In this document: positions 62,772 to 64,000 of the stretch, piece by piece
Layout: every line of letters begins with the position of its first letter
Position numbering within the stretch: position 1 is the first letter of the stretch
Assembly (NCBI RefSeq): GCF_000142905.1
Contig: NW_013657614.1
Coordinates: forward strand, 84,727 to 148,726
Length of the DNA: 64,000 nt
Direction: 5' to 3'
Origin: Thecamonas trahens ATCC 50062
Lineage: Eukaryota; Protista; Apusomonadida
Made by a program: the position numbers and the translations under genes
The notes under the pieces: generated by a model
The model's database searches: none
Seen by the model: the letters and a program-made list of their open reading frames with translations, nothing else
Told to the model about the DNA's origin: nothing

Positions 62772-63334
62772 GGCGGCAAAGACAGGAGCGTGTGCGTCGA
62801 GAGAAGAGTTGGGATGGTGTGGTTGTGGAGGGGAGGACGGCGGGAGTGCGTCGTGCAGAGTGCTTGATTCTACAATGAGACATTGTCGATGCTGCCGAGC
62901 GCCGGCTGGCCGCCGCCGTTGCTGCTGGCAGATGCCGCGTCGCTTTGTTCGGCTGCTGGTCGGCGCTTCACGAAGGCGAGGCGGGGCGACGGAGGAGCTC
63001 GGGGGAATGTGGGGAAAGAAGCCGTTTCCAGACCTGGATCAGTAGGAGAAGGTGGGAGTGTGCAGTTGGTGGATGCAGTGGGCATGGTGGGGCTGGGGAA
63101 GGATGGCAGCAGGCTGGGGAGGGACTTGGAGTAGGTGTGGGGGCGGGGCTCGGCGTGGGTTTGGGGCCAAGCGACCGTTTTCGACGAGGGGAGGCCAGGG
63201 CAGGGCAGGGGGGGGCAGCAAGGGAAAGGAGACAGAGGGCGTGTGTGTAGGGGGGGGAGGCCCGTCAAGCCCTGCCCGAACCGTCAGCCGCCTATGCAGC
63301 CGCAGTGTCGGGCAGGACTAGCCGTGGATCCCAT

Positions 63335-63826
63335 TTAGTAGCCAGAGCCGGGGGCCGGGCCGTAGCCGGGGAAGCCAAAGCCGGGCTGCGGGCCGTAGCC
63401 GCCAAAGCCGGGCTGCGGGATGGTGTACGTGCCGACGTCGGTCCACTGCGGCTGCTCGAACTGCTGCTGCGGGAAGCCGCCGAACTGCTGCGGGAAGCCG
63501 CCGAACTGCTGCTGCGGGAAGCCGCCGAACTGCTGCTGCGGGAAGCCGCCAAACTGCTGCTGCTGCGGGAAGCCGCCAAAGGCGAACTGCGGCTGCTGGG
63601 CCTCGTAGCCCGAGCCGGCCTGCTGCGGGTAGCCGCCAAACTGGGGGTAACCGCCAAACTGCTGCTGCGGGAAGCCGAACTGCTGGCCGTAGCCGTAGCC
63701 GGGGTAGCCGAAGCCAGGGTAGGCCGGGGCAGCCGGGGTCGACGACTTGGACGCCTTGGACGACTTCTTGGTCTTCTTGGACGACTTGGACGACTTGCCA
63801 GACTTCTTGGACGACTTCTTGGACAT
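63335..63826 (-). CDS. Small low-complexity protein: K/S-rich head + QQFGGFP/YPG prion-like repeats
   Basis: ATG 63826; 163 aa; ~21-bp QQQFGGFP repeats with GC3-biased codons. Confidence 0.7.
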   Translation of the reverse strand: MSKKSSKKSGKSSKSSKKTKKSSKASKSSTPAAPAYPGFGYPGYGYGQQFGFPQQQFGGYPQFGGYPQQAGSGYEAQQPQFAFGGFPQQQQFGGFPQQQFGGFPQQQFGGFPQQFGGFPQQQFEQPQWTDVGTYTIPQPGFGGYGPQPGFGFPGYGPAPGSGY

Positions 63827-64000
63827 GGTGAAAAAAAAGAGAGAGGGGGTGGCGGGGAAAATCGTTGCTAGAAAAAGGCCTTCACGAACGGAAGCCAATC
63901 CGAGCGAAACGAGCGAACAAACGGGAAAGCAGGGGAGGGCTGGGCTGGGCTGTGTCAACGGGTGCAAAACGAAAACGGTGTTCATTGGGCGTGGGAGGTT

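Overview
Gene-dense, GC-rich, intron-poor eukaryotic DNA with 8 N-gaps. POLD1, ESCO, dynactin p62, GT-AG introns and a Pol III tRNA show it is nuclear. The style suggests a unicellular bacterivorous protist, possibly an apusomonad such as Thecamonas (inference, not verified). About 26 protein genes, one tRNA-Arg(CCT) and several repeats are supported. Highlights: (1) a cluster at 7.8-16.7 kb of prokaryote-like enzymes for peptide-bond chemistry: a circularly permuted ATP-grasp ligase, a cyanophycin-synthetase-G-domain/GshB-like double ATP-grasp fusion, a divergently transcribed HExxH M49 dipeptidyl peptidase III, and a peptidoglycan-binding L,D-transpeptidase. This is the best candidate for an undescribed non-ribosomal peptide/polyamide synthesis-and-turnover system. 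(2) A head-to-head pair of ABCG half-transporters with reciprocally degenerate ATPase motifs, the same logic as ABCG5/ABCG8. (3) A ~2,790-aa FG/zinc-finger nucleoporin whose N-terminus resembles the supposedly animal-specific Nup358/RanBP2. (4) An aldehyde-oxidase-family enzyme fused to a Zn-knuckle and a WW domain. Three genes carry single-base frameshifts in short homopolymer runs, probably sequencing errors. All family calls come from motif recognition by eye; no searches were run.
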